This document shows positions 43,010 through 52,834 of a stretch of 64,000 bases of DNA, piece by piece. Source of the stretch: an uncultured Bacilli bacterium (GTDB lineage: Bacteria > Bacillota_I > Bacilli_A > RF39 > UBA660); assembly GCA_934120715.1 (NCBI GenBank), contig CAKOUW010000001.1, forward strand, positions 262,599-326,598, given 5' to 3'. Every line of letters begins with the position of its first letter. Within the stretch, counting starts at the first letter, position 1. A program made the translations under genes and the position numbers. The notes under the pieces were generated by a model, which worked only from the letters and a program-made list of their open reading frames with translations, was not told the origin of the DNA and ran no database searches.

Positions 43010-43729
43010 TTGAAAAGGGGTATTATGAAAAATATTGATTATTTAAAGGGGCTAACTATCGCCCATAGGGGTATTTATGATAATATTGAAGTCCCAGAAA
43101 ATTCTTTTTTGTCTTTTCTTTTAGCAAAAAAGGAGAAATTACCTATTGAACTGGATGTTAGATATACTAAGGACAAAAAATTGGTTATATTTCATGATAA
43201 TAATTTATATAGAATGACTGGCATAAATAAAAAAGTAAATAAATCTACATTTGATGAAATAAAGAATTTTTCTTTAGCTAAAACTAAATATAAGATTCCA
43301 CTACTAGAAGATATATTATCTCTTATTAATGGTAATGTATTATTAAACTTAGAAATAAAGGAGAAAAATACTGATATATGTTTAGAACTTGTTAAAATAC
43401 TTGATAATTATAATGGAACTTTTATTATTAGTTCCTTTTATCCAAATATTATTAGTTGGTTTAGAAAAAATAGGCCCAACTACATTATTGGTTTGATTGT
43501 TGGAGTGGATTTTTCTTCTAGATTTGGAATTTTTGATTATTGTAAAGCTGACTTTATAGCTATTTCTAAAAAACAAGTAAAATTTAAAAAAATACAAAAG
43601 AAGAGAAATGCTGGTACCATTATATTAACTTGGACAATTCAAAATAAAGAAGAGCTGCTTGAATATAGTGATTACAGTGACTCTTTTATTGCAAATATTA
43701 AACCTAATCATTTATTTATTAAACATTAA
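43010..43729 (+). CDS. glycerophosphodiester phosphodiesterase (GDPD family)
   Basis: N-terminal HRG motif (IAHRGIYDNIEVPENS) and ELDVRYTKDKKLVIFHDNNL, characteristic of GP-PDE. Confidence 0.75.
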   Translation: MKRGIMKNIDYLKGLTIAHRGIYDNIEVPENSFLSFLLAKKEKLPIELDVRYTKDKKLVIFHDNNLYRMTGINKKVNKSTFDEIKNFSLAKTKYKIPLLEDILSLINGNVLLNLEIKEKNTDICLELVKILDNYNGTFIISSFYPNIISWFRKNRPNYIIGLIVGVDFSSRFGIFDYCKADFIAISKKQVKFKKIQKKRNAGTIILTWTIQNKEELLEYSDYSDSFIANIKPNHLFIKH

Positions 43730-44635
43730 GTCGATAGCATCACTATATATTAACTTAATTTTATTACTAATTTCCTTGTTTTCAATTAATAAATTTTTCA
43801 TCATTACTCCACTGTTGATTTCTAATACATAGTATGAATTTTTATTTGTTTTTATAATATCTATAGAACAGAATATTATATCCAATTTACTTGTTATTTT
43901 TTTAATTATCTCTTCAATTTTATTTTTAGTTTCACTATCAATTTCTAATGAAGCTAGTGCACCAGTAGATAGATTAAATTTCCAACTATGCTTATACTCT
44001 TCATTTTCTTTTAATACTACATCTTTATTTAAACCATTATAGTCTTTAAAATAGTTATAGTTATACTTTTTAAGTAACTCTTTAATTGTTGATTTACCAT
44101 CGCCATAGATAATTGGCAATATTTTCTTATAAATTAGTCTTATTTCATTGTTTAATACAACTACTCTATACTCATTCTCTATATTATAAAATGGGCAAAT
44201 ACTATATGATTTTTCGCCACTTAGTTTGTTATAAAACTTTTTTATTTCAGCAAGATTTGCAAAATGTTTAACGTTTTTACCGCATGTTCCTTTATTTATT
44301 TTGATAACTATATCTTTATTATAATTTTTGTAGATATTTTTTATATATTCATAATCATTCATACAGTTAGCATAGTCATTTTTATTGGTCTTTGTGTATA
44401 GTAATTTGTGTTCAATAACTGGTATATCATATAAATTTAATAATTCATATGTAGCATATTTATCATCAAATATTTTCGCAAGAGATGCTTTATTTAAATC
44501 AAACTTGTATCCTGTTATTGTTCTTACTTTTTTATCTTTTTCTAAAACAGTTACCCAATCATTAGAGATAAATGTACATTTTATATCTTTTTCATTACTA
44601 ATTTCTTTAATTAATTTTTGAATTATATTGATCAT
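43712..44635 (-). CDS. putative ATP-grasp-fold protein (307 aa)
   Basis: Domain order and glycine/lysine-rich central region resemble ATP-grasp ligases. Weak. Confidence 0.35.
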   Translation of the reverse strand: MINIIQKLIKEISNEKDIKCTFISNDWVTVLEKDKKVRTITGYKFDLNKASLAKIFDDKYATYELLNLYDIPVIEHKLLYTKTNKNDYANCMNDYEYIKNIYKNYNKDIVIKINKGTCGKNVKHFANLAEIKKFYNKLSGEKSYSICPFYNIENEYRVVVLNNEIRLIYKKILPIIYGDGKSTIKELLKKYNYNYFKDYNGLNKDVVLKENEEYKHSWKFNLSTGALASLEIDSETKNKIEEIIKKITSKLDIIFCSIDIIKTNKNSYYVLEINSGVMMKNLLIENKEISNKIKLIYSDAIDLMFNK

Positions 44636-44748
44636 ATGATATCACCTTTTTAAATAAGACTTTTTATTTTTAAATTATTTTATAATCTATTTTAATTGTT
44701 GTATTTATTTTTATCAATATATTTTGAAATAATTGTAATTATTCCTGT

Positions 44749-45255
44749 TTTATATAGTTTAATATTTTAGAGACTAATGGTTTAAATATTGAATACAGTA
44801 TATAACCAATAATTCCACCAATAACATTTGTTATTATATTTGTTATATCGGAAGTTCTAGCACCATTTATTAATGACTGTATAATCTCAATACTTAGACT
44901 TAATAGGAAGTATAGAGAATCACTTTTGGTAGTCCTATTTTGTCTTTTTTTATTAGCGGTAGTAAAAAACTAAATGGTATTGTCATTATTACATTTAAGC
45001 CAATTTGTCTTATAAAATTACCTCTACCATTTAAAGCATCAATAAATGGGGTTAAATTCATACTGATATATGGATGATTAAATATAAATGGTAAGGAAGT
45101 TATTATTGGCATTAAGGTAAATATAATACAAATGATAAATATATATACATCGTAGTGTTTATAAATAATACGTCCTTACCTTTTTCTTTCCATTGTTTAT
45201 AGAATATTGTACTATATAAAATAGCTAAGGCTGTAAAATCTATTATTTCTTTCAT
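44749..45255 (-). pseudogene. VanZ-family membrane protein gene disrupted by frameshifts
   Basis: Three consecutive reading-frame pieces. They carry the VanZ-like DALNGRGNFIRQIGLNV motif and the C-terminal DITNIITNVIGGIIGYILY motif. Confidence 0.45.
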
Positions 45256-45681
45256 ATCTATCTCCTATATGTTACTATTTTGGGTATAAGAAATTATATC
45301 CTGTATCTTTTTAGTGAGTAAACCATCTTTATTACAATAAGCATATATTACTCCATGCTCGCTTTTTATTAATCTAGCTTCAGGACTTTGTTCTGGATAT
45401 AGCTTAACTAAATTTGTTCTAGTAGATTTTGCATAAGCAATAAATGATATGTAATGTTTTTTACTAATTTCGTGATTGAACCTTACAAAATATTTATTTA
45501 ATTTTAGCAGGAATATTTCACAATTAAAAGTGATTGATTCTTCAATTTATTTTTTTCTCTTAATTTTTTTATTAGTTTACTTGTTGTGTATATTGCATAA
45601 ATTTTTTTGATGATTAAACTAAAACGACTTTTGACAAGTCGCTTAACTTATAGTACTCAAGAAAAATTAATTTTTATTTTT

Positions 45682-45757
45682 TGGTGCCGAATAAAGGACT
45701 TGAACCTTCGACCTTTGCATTACGAATGCACTGCTCTACCAACTGAGCTAATTCGGC
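45682..45757 (-). tRNA. tRNA-Thr (anticodon CGU)
   Basis: GCCGAATTAGCTCAGTTGGTAGAGCA...CATTCGTAATG...GGTTCAAGTCC...TTCGGCACCA. Hairpin plus T-run terminator downstream at ~45620-45650. Confidence 0.75.
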
Positions 45758-45770
45758 AAATATGTTGTAT

Positions 45771-46169
45771 TTATTTACAACATTTTATATTAATTAAACG
45801 TAGCCTTTTTCTATCAAGAATACCATCTATGATATCATCAACTTGACTTTTGTGTTCATCACTATATCTTGATAGGGTTATGTTTGCTTCATCACTTGAA
45901 AATGGGATAACAATCTGTTCTGGGTAGCTAAGTGCAACTAGAGTACCTACTGTACAAAATACTTTAGCTGGCACTGTTAAATTAATTCGCTCTGCCTCGT
46001 GATTTATGTCAATTTCTTTAAATAGACTAATATACTCTTCATCTAGAGCATATTCATAAAGTCTTTTTTCTAATTTTGGCATATTAAAAATATTTATTTT
46101 TCTTGATGCAAGCTTTGAACAAAATAAGATTAAAAATTCATACTCACTTAGCACTTGTTTTTCTTTCAT
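45771..46169 (-). CDS. hypothetical protein (132 aa)
   Basis: ORF between two tRNA genes. Confidence 0.4.
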   Translation of the reverse strand: MKEKQVLSEYEFLILFCSKLASRKINIFNMPKLEKRLYEYALDEEYISLFKEIDINHEAERINLTVPAKVFCTVGTLVALSYPEQIVIPFSSDEANITLSRYSDEHKSQVDDIIDGILDRKRLRLINIKCCK

Positions 46170-46249
46170 ACTATCCTCTTTCCTAGTCTAAAATTTAATA
46201 CATTTTTATTATATTATATTAGTTTGAAAATGTAAATCATTATCAATTT

Positions 46250-46324
46250 TGGTGTCCAAGACAGGAATCGAACCTGTATCATTTCCTTCGGAGGGAAATA
46301 TTTTATCCATTAAAATACCTGGAC
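46250..46324 (-). tRNA. tRNA-Arg (anticodon CCG)
   Basis: Hand-folded: acceptor GTCCAGG/CTTGGAC with one G-U pair, anticodon stem TTTCC/GGAAA with loop CTCCGAA, T-loop TTCGATT, encoded CCA. Confidence 0.6.
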
Positions 46325-46332
46325 ATGAAGGG

Positions 46333-46830
46333 CTATGACTCGGTACATGTTGTACCAAATTTTTCAGCAAAACTCCTCCATGTTACTACTTTTACTTTGC
46401 CATCTTCAATTACGTTATCTTCACTACCCTCTATTTCTAATAATTTATCAGTATCTATTTTTGCATAATTAATAGTCGTCTCACTGCTTACAGTATTATT
46501 ATTTCTTGTTATGGTATTATCATAATATTTTAGATTTTTATAATTCGCAAAAATATTTTTATAAGCATTTTCATAAGTATCCAATATACTATTATCATCA
46601 GAAGTAATTTCTTCCTTGGAATGTAGCTGGGTAATATATCCATCCTTATAATTTATCTCATAACTAAACTTAGCTGTTCCACCATCTAGTACACCCTCTC
46701 TAGAACACTTTAGTGTGCCTTTACCACTATATAGGGTTACTTTGCTATCCTTTCCACATCCAGTTATTAATACAGGAATGAGTAATAATATAAGTATTAA
46801 ACTAATCTTTTGGTACTTCTTCATCTTCAT
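46333..46830 (-). CDS. lipoprotein (165 aa)
   Basis: Signal peptide with lipobox LITGC. Confidence 0.5.
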   Translation of the reverse strand: MKMKKYQKISLILILLLIPVLITGCGKDSKVTLYSGKGTLKCSREGVLDGGTAKFSYEINYKDGYITQLHSKEEITSDDNSILDTYENAYKNIFANYKNLKYYDNTITRNNNTVSSETTINYAKIDTDKLLEIEGSEDNVIEDGKVKVVTWRSFAEKFGTTCTES

Positions 46831-47413
46831 TTTTTACTTCCTTTTCTAATAGTAATTTTTCTAGCTTTTGTTGGTTTTTAATTATTTCATTTATATGATC
46901 GTGTAAGCTTTCTAAAATTAGTTCACTTTTTAGATCTGTTCTATAATCATTTTGGTTTCTTAAGCTATCTTTTTTAGCCTGTCTATTTTGACTCATCATT
47001 ATAATTGGAGCTTGAATGGCAGCAATGCATGATAAGACTAAATTTAATAATATAAAAGGATATGGATCAATTTGAGACTCTTCGCTTAAAATGGATGTAT
47101 TTAAAATGATCCAAAATACTAAAAAGCCAACAAATAAAAGGATAAATAACCAACTTCCAGCCACTTCACTTACTTTATCGGCTAACTTGTCTTTCCATGT
47201 TAATTTTATTTCTTCTTGCTTATCAACATCTATTGAAATAGGTTGATCTACTAATAGATCTAATAACTCTTCCTCATCTTGAGCATCTAATTCATTATTC
47301 TTTAAAAGCATCTTTACAATTTCTTTTTTAGTTCTTCTTTTTTCCATATAATTTCGAGTTTTAAACTCTATACACCTCACATATATATTATAAAAATATT
47401 TTAATATTATCAA
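46802..47413 (-). CDS. DUF1003-family membrane protein (203 aa)
   Basis: Conserved DPYPFILLNLVLS...MSQNRQ segment typical of DUF1003. Confidence 0.5.
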   Translation of the reverse strand: MIILKYFYNIYVRCIEFKTRNYMEKRRTKKEIVKMLLKNNELDAQDEEELLDLLVDQPISIDVDKQEEIKLTWKDKLADKVSEVAGSWLFILLFVGFLVFWIILNTSILSEESQIDPYPFILLNLVLSCIAAIQAPIIMMSQNRQAKKDSLRNQNDYRTDLKSELILESLHDHINEIIKNQQKLEKLLLEKEVKNEDEEVPKD

Positions 47414-48188
47414 TAACTATTTTATATATTTCTTCATCTAATGTATTTAAAAAGCCATGATTTACTAATTCTAGTTCTAGTATTTTAGATCTATTTTTAC
47501 ATATTTTGAAAAACTCTTTATTCTCTTTATATAGTGGATCTGATGTACCTATAATTATTAGACATTTACTATTATTTTTATAGTTTTCATTTAAAAGAGG
47601 AAAAATCTTGTTTTCACTTTTTGAATATGCAGAAAAGTATGTTTTTAAATTAGATATTAAATTGGCCCTGTAATAAATTTCATTTTCTTCTAGCATTTTC
47701 TTATATTTACCACCAACAGGGGGATAAAATAAAATCTTTTTATTTTTGCATTTAATATTAGCAATAATATTGGCACCAGATGATGCTCCCATTAAAATAA
47801 TATTAGAAGTTTCTACGCCTTCTTCTTTTAATTTAGTAATTAAATATTTTATAGTTTTTTTAGCTAAAATATAAAGATTTCTATATGTTAGTTCATCATA
47901 ATCAAGACTTATGATTAGAGTACCAGTTTTAATAGCTAAATCCTTACAAAAGTCATTTTTATTACTTGGCTTAGTTATTTTAGGATCCTCAGGTATATAA
48001 ATAATTATTTTATCTATCTTTGATACTTTATTTGGATAAAATATTAATAATGGAGATAGATTATCCTCTAATACAATTCTATAATTAGAAATATTTTTTT
48101 TAGAGATGGTTGGATGAATTATTTCGTGCACTGTTCTATATAGCCTATATTTATCTTCAACTTTATTATACGTCATTAACATCACCAT
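47388..48188 (-). CDS. alpha/beta-hydrolase fold esterase (266 aa)
   Basis: GxSxG nucleophile elbow (LMGASSGAN). Confidence 0.5.
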   Translation of the reverse strand: MVMLMTYNKVEDKYRLYRTVHEIIHPTISKKNISNYRIVLEDNLSPLLIFYPNKVSKIDKIIIYIPEDPKITKPSNKNDFCKDLAIKTGTLIISLDYDELTYRNLYILAKKTIKYLITKLKEEGVETSNIILMGASSGANIIANIKCKNKKILFYPPVGGKYKKMLEENEIYYRANLISNLKTYFSAYSKSENKIFPLLNENYKNNSKCLIIIGTSDPLYKENKEFFKICKNRSKILELELVNHGFLNTLDEEIYKIVIDNIKIFL

Positions 48189-48264
48189 TTTAATTTTAAC
48201 ATAAATGAGTTAAGATAATTAGAAAAAACTAGTTACTTGACAGTATTTTAGATTATTTTACATA

Positions 48265-48594
48265 TTAATTATTTACGGCTTTATTTACTTCTTGGAAAAT
48301 GGAATTCATAATTTTATTAAAACCTTTTTCAATATAATTTGATATTTTCATACCCATATGAGATAAATTATTATTATAATTTTTTTCTTCTAATAAATAG
48401 TCTTTAGCATTAATCTTTTTTCCAGCAGAAACATCGGCTTCAAACCTTTTAATAGCATCTTCTGTTAAAGTTGTTTTTTTACTTTCTGTATATTCGTAGT
48501 AGCCACTCATTTGTGTGATATAAAGTGATAGAAATAATACTATTAAGGTTATGCCTAGAATTCTAATAATATTTTTACCCTTCATTTTTTCCAA
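48265..48594 (-). CDS. membrane-anchored hypothetical protein (109 aa)
   Basis: Single N-terminal TM. Confidence 0.4.
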   Translation of the reverse strand: MEKMKGKNIIRILGITLIVLFLSLYITQMSGYYEYTESKKTTLTEDAIKRFEADVSAGKKINAKDYLLEEKNYNNNLSHMGMKISNYIEKGFNKIMNSIFQEVNKAVNN

Positions 48595-49519
48595 TCACCT
48601 CCAAAAAGCAATCTGCAAAAGCAAGGGTAGAATTTAATACTTCTGATGGGGTATTATCTACTCCACCTATTTCAATTAAAATTGCTTGGGGAGAAAAATC
48701 TTGATTATAGACACCGTTTACTCCTACACCGCCTTTTTGATATATCCCTTTTGATAGACCGGGATATTTTTTATTCATCTCATCATTGATCATATTAGTA
48801 AAAGCAAGATTTTTTTCATAATTAGGATTTTCTAGACCAATTAAAAATATGGTTTTAGCATAACTTTTATCATTTATTTTAACGGTAGTTCTTTCCTTAG
48901 TTAGACTATCCCTATGAACATCAATAAAATATATTAGACTTGGATTATCATTTTTAGCCTTTTCCATTAGAATTCTACTTGCTTTATAACTATTGTTGTA
49001 ACGCCAATTATTTTGATTTAATACTTCTTTAATACTAGCTTCCTCAACTATAGTTTTATAATTATTTTTATTAAATACTTCTTCTAAAATGTAGTCATTC
49101 ATAGTAACAGTGGGTTTTATAGTAAAATCAATAAAAGTACTTCCACTATATTCTTCTGTTTGATGTGAATTATAAATATATATTAGAGGATCTGAGGTAC
49201 TATTATTATTAGATAAATTTTTATCTTTATTTTTTATTACTTCTATCTTTTGATCATAGTTATTTTCTATAAATAAAACGGGAGTATTAAGTGTTTCATT
49301 AATAAATGATTTTAATTTCTTAGTTATAGTTGATTCTTTACTAGTATAATTATTACTATTTATTAGTAATTCAACAAATTCTTTATCAGTTATCTTAATA
49401 CTTTGTCTATTAATAATTCTAAAGCTTATATAAATTCCTAGGCAAAACAAAAGAAGCAAAAATAATAATTTTAACTTTCTTTTTTTCTTGGCTTTTTTAG
49501 CTATAAATTTTTTCTTCAT
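48575..49519 (-). CDS. spoIIP: stage II sporulation protein P (SpoIIP-family cell-wall hydrolase)
   Basis: N-terminal TM. Conserved IYNSHQTEEY and FIDVHRDS motifs. Adjacent to gpr as in Bacillus. Confidence 0.65.
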   Translation of the reverse strand: MKKKFIAKKAKKKRKLKLLFLLLLFCLGIYISFRIINRQSIKITDKEFVELLINSNNYTSKESTITKKLKSFINETLNTPVLFIENNYDQKIEVIKNKDKNLSNNNSTSDPLIYIYNSHQTEEYSGSTFIDFTIKPTVTMNDYILEEVFNKNNYKTIVEEASIKEVLNQNNWRYNNSYKASRILMEKAKNDNPSLIYFIDVHRDSLTKERTTVKINDKSYAKTIFLIGLENPNYEKNLAFTNMINDEMNKKYPGLSKGIYQKGGVGVNGVYNQDFSPQAILIEIGGVDNTPSEVLNSTLAFADCFLEVIGKNEG

Positions 49520-49555
49520 ACTATCACCATTATTATAATAGTATATAGGTTTTAA

Positions 49556-50578
49556 TTAATTTGTCGGATTAAATCTTTTATGAATACTTTTATTTATACC
49601 GTTTGCTATTAATAGGGATAATTTTTCTATTACAAAGTCAATTTCTTTGGGAGTTACCATTAGATTATAGCCTATTGGAGATAGGACTTCATATATTAAT
49701 AATTTTAAATCTTCTTCATTCAGAGTTCCAACCATGCCCAGTATTTTTTCTTTTAACTCTTTTGATAAATTAGTTTCATGAGCACTATAATCTTGATTGG
49801 AGTCTGTCACTAGTTTTAGTTTTACGTTGTCAATATTATCAATTTTATAGCTTATCTTTTTTAACATATACTTTAGGGTATCTCCTACTATTGTAACAGC
49901 ATCTACTATAGTTGGGACTCCTATAGCGATAACTGGAATATTTATGGTCTTTGGGCTTATTTCTTTTCTATCATTACCCACTCCACTGCCAGGGCTAATA
50001 CCACCAGTTGATATTTGAATTGTTTTGTTTACTCTTTCTATTGAAGATGAGGCTAGAGCATCTATAACGATTAATATATCGGCATTTATAGTAGTTACTA
50101 GGTTTTTAATCATGTCGCTTGTTTCTATACCTGTACTGCCGGTTACTTGTGGTTTAAAACTGCAAACTCTTTCATAGCCATCTTCTACTTCACCAATTTC
50201 AAATAAATGATTAGTTACTAAAATACTGTCAATTACTTTAGGCCCTAGAGCATCAGGCGTTGATTTAGAATTACCAAGGCCTACTACTAAAATTTTCTTA
50301 CCGGCTATTTTATAATTATCTAATATTTTTTTTAGTTCTGTTATTAATACTTCTTCTACCTTTTTAAAGTTATCTTTATCTGTTACATCCTTAAAAGTTA
50401 TAGTGATATAATCACCACTATTTTTATTAAATTTCCCTTTATTACTATTATCTATTTTTAAGCTATCGACTTTAATACCGTCATAATCTGAATGATTGGC
50501 TTTATCACTTACATTATCCATTTCATCTAAAATAAGATCGGTTCTATAACTATATTTACTTAAATCTATACTATGCAT
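49556..50578 (-). CDS. gpr: germination protease GPR
   Basis: VVGLGNSKSTPDALGPKV motif and overall length. rpsT is divergent upstream. Confidence 0.8.
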   Translation of the reverse strand: MHSIDLSKYSYRTDLILDEMDNVSDKANHSDYDGIKVDSLKIDNSNKGKFNKNSGDYITITFKDVTDKDNFKKVEEVLITELKKILDNYKIAGKKILVVGLGNSKSTPDALGPKVIDSILVTNHLFEIGEVEDGYERVCSFKPQVTGSTGIETSDMIKNLVTTINADILIVIDALASSSIERVNKTIQISTGGISPGSGVGNDRKEISPKTINIPVIAIGVPTIVDAVTIVGDTLKYMLKKISYKIDNIDNVKLKLVTDSNQDYSAHETNLSKELKEKILGMVGTLNEEDLKLLIYEVLSPIGYNLMVTPKEIDFVIEKLSLLIANGINKSIHKRFNPTN

Positions 50579-50679
50579 AATATCACCTATTAATAATATT
50601 TCCTAAATTTGTTATTTTTATTTGCATTTTTTTGTATTTTTTGATAGAATTAATGTGTTTATAAAAGTGAGGTGAAAAA

Positions 50680-50943
50680 ATGCCAAATATTAAAAGTGCT
50701 AAAAAGCGTATGCGTTCAAATGCTAAAAAGACTGATGTAAATACTTTAGTTGTATCTAGTATGAGAACTGCTATTAAGAAGTTTGAAAAAGCTGTAAAAG
50801 CTGGTTCAAAAGATGAAGCTAGTAATTACTTAAATATAGCTATTCAAAGAATTGACAAAGCTATGTCTAGTGGGCTAATACATAAAAATAAAGCTGCCCG
50901 TTTAAAATCAAGATTAACAAAATCTAAAAATGTAATGGAATAA
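50680..50943 (+). CDS. rpsT: 30S ribosomal protein S20
   Basis: MPNIKSAKKRMRSNAKK N-terminus and basic helical protein of 87 aa. Confidence 0.9.
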   Translation: MPNIKSAKKRMRSNAKKTDVNTLVVSSMRTAIKKFEKAVKAGSKDEASNYLNIAIQRIDKAMSSGLIHKNKAARLKSRLTKSKNVME

Positions 50944-51024
50944 AAAACCAATATGGTTTTTTTCTTTTTAGCTACTTTACTTATTTGTCGATATAAGTTA
51001 CAATTGAGTATATTAGGAGGCTGT

Positions 51025-51945
51025 ATGAAGAAAATAGCTACACTGGGATTATTATTAATATTATGTGGAATTATATTTCAGGAGAAAGAAAAGTTTTTAA
51101 TTATTTGGGATAAAATTAGTCCATGGGGAACTAATCATGAAGTGGTTTTAAATAAGAAGAATGAGTACTATAGAAACTATGATTTTGAATTTGTGCAAAA
51201 TACAGATAATTTTTCTCCTTATTGTAAGCAAGACATATATAATATATTCTATACCATTATAAATTCTGGAAATGAATCATTTACTTTTTATTGTCCAAAG
51301 GATTATGAAGAATGTATTTCTGATGTTAAAGAATTGGCAAATGATCAATCAAAATTATCTGATATAAATAATTATGTTCATCCTTTTAATAGTTTTGAAC
51401 ATATAGAGACAGAATATGACACGACTGGTAGAATTACAGTTAGTATTACCAAAACATATAATGACAGTGAAATAAAAGCTATTAATGAAAAAGTTGATAG
51501 TGTTGCTAGTAGCATATTTAATTCTAATAATACTTTAGAAAAAAATATTACTTTAGCTCATGATTATATTATTAATAATAGTAAATATGATACTGATAGA
51601 AGTGATTTAGATATAGTTAATTATAAATCAGATATTGCTTATGGACCATTACTACAAGGATATGGAATATGCGGTGGATATACTGATGCTATGCAATTGT
51701 TTTTAGAAAAGCTTGGCGTTAAAAGTTATAGGGTATCAAGTGAAAAACATATTTGGAATGCAGTTAATCTAAACGATAATTGGTATAATTTAGACTTGAC
51801 ATGGGATGATCCTGTTGTGTCTGATGGTAGTGATGCTTTGGAGTATAATTTCTTTTTAATATCAACTAAAAAAATGCTAGAGATTGAATCTACAGAGCAT
51901 AATTTTGATCAAACTGTTTATTATGAATTAAAAGCCACCGAATGA
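51025..51945 (+). CDS. transglutaminase-like cysteine-protease-domain protein, secreted
   Basis: Signal peptide MKKIATLGLLLILCG after an AGGAGG RBS; the track start at 50953 is probably too far upstream. Catalytic Cys motif GICGGYTDA with downstream His and Asp. Confidence 0.6.
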   Translation: MKKIATLGLLLILCGIIFQEKEKFLIIWDKISPWGTNHEVVLNKKNEYYRNYDFEFVQNTDNFSPYCKQDIYNIFYTIINSGNESFTFYCPKDYEECISDVKELANDQSKLSDINNYVHPFNSFEHIETEYDTTGRITVSITKTYNDSEIKAINEKVDSVASSIFNSNNTLEKNITLAHDYIINNSKYDTDRSDLDIVNYKSDIAYGPLLQGYGICGGYTDAMQLFLEKLGVKSYRVSSEKHIWNAVNLNDNWYNLDLTWDDPVVSDGSDALEYNFFLISTKKMLEIESTEHNFDQTVYYELKATE

Positions 51946-51950
51946 TGGCT

Positions 51951-52823
51951 TTATTTTTTTATGTAATTATAAACTTCTTCTATCGTTTCATTAAAATTAA
52001 TGAAATTTACATCAAACCACTTAACAGTAAATTGATTTCTAAAAAAAGTATATTGTCTTTTAGCATATCTTCTAGAATCTAATTTTACTTTCTCCACTGT
52101 TTTATCTAGTGATTCATCTTCAAATAGATAATTATAAAATTCTTTATAGCCTATAGCTTGGTTTAGAATTCTAGATGTCTTATATTCGTCTTTTAAACTT
52201 TTTATTTCCTCTAATAAACCATTATCTATCATTTGATCTACTCTTTTATTAATTCTATCATATAGTACTTCTCTTTCTGTTGTAAGACCTATAACTTTTA
52301 TAGGATATAGTGGTGTGTCTTTGCCATTAGTAACTTCACTATTATTTTCATATTTATTTAGCTGTCTAATTAATCTTTTTCTGTTATTTATATGAATATC
52401 AATATTTTCATTATACTCTTTTAATTTATTCATTATTTCTAAGTTAGTTAAATTATCATATGAGTTGGCTATTGATTCTTTTTCAAATCTATAGTCATAT
52501 AGGGCTGCTTTTATATAAAGGCCTGTACCTCCGACTATGATAATTCTTTTACCTCTTTTTGATATTTCTTCTATTTTTTGGCGTACTTGTTTTTGATATT
52601 CATATACAGAATACAGATCTTTAGGATCACATATATCAATTAAATGATGAGGGATGTTCTTTCTTTCTTCTACTGTTGGTTTAGCACTACCTATATTAAG
52701 TTTTTTATAGATAGCAACTGAATCACCATTAATAATTTCAGCATCTATTTTTTTAGCTAATTCAACACTTAATTTTGTTTTACCAACACCAGTTGGTCCT
52801 ACTATAACAATTATATCTTTCAT
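51951..52823 (-). CDS. miaA: tRNA dimethylallyltransferase MiaA
   Basis: P-loop IVGPTGVGKT plus conserved DSVAIYK, GGTGLY segments. Confidence 0.85.
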   Translation of the reverse strand: MKDIIVIVGPTGVGKTKLSVELAKKIDAEIINGDSVAIYKKLNIGSAKPTVEERKNIPHHLIDICDPKDLYSVYEYQKQVRQKIEEISKRGKRIIIVGGTGLYIKAALYDYRFEKESIANSYDNLTNLEIMNKLKEYNENIDIHINNRKRLIRQLNKYENNSEVTNGKDTPLYPIKVIGLTTEREVLYDRINKRVDQMIDNGLLEEIKSLKDEYKTSRILNQAIGYKEFYNYLFEDESLDKTVEKVKLDSRRYAKRQYTFFRNQFTVKWFDVNFINFNETIEEVYNYIKK

Positions 52824-52834
52824 GTTTACTCCTT

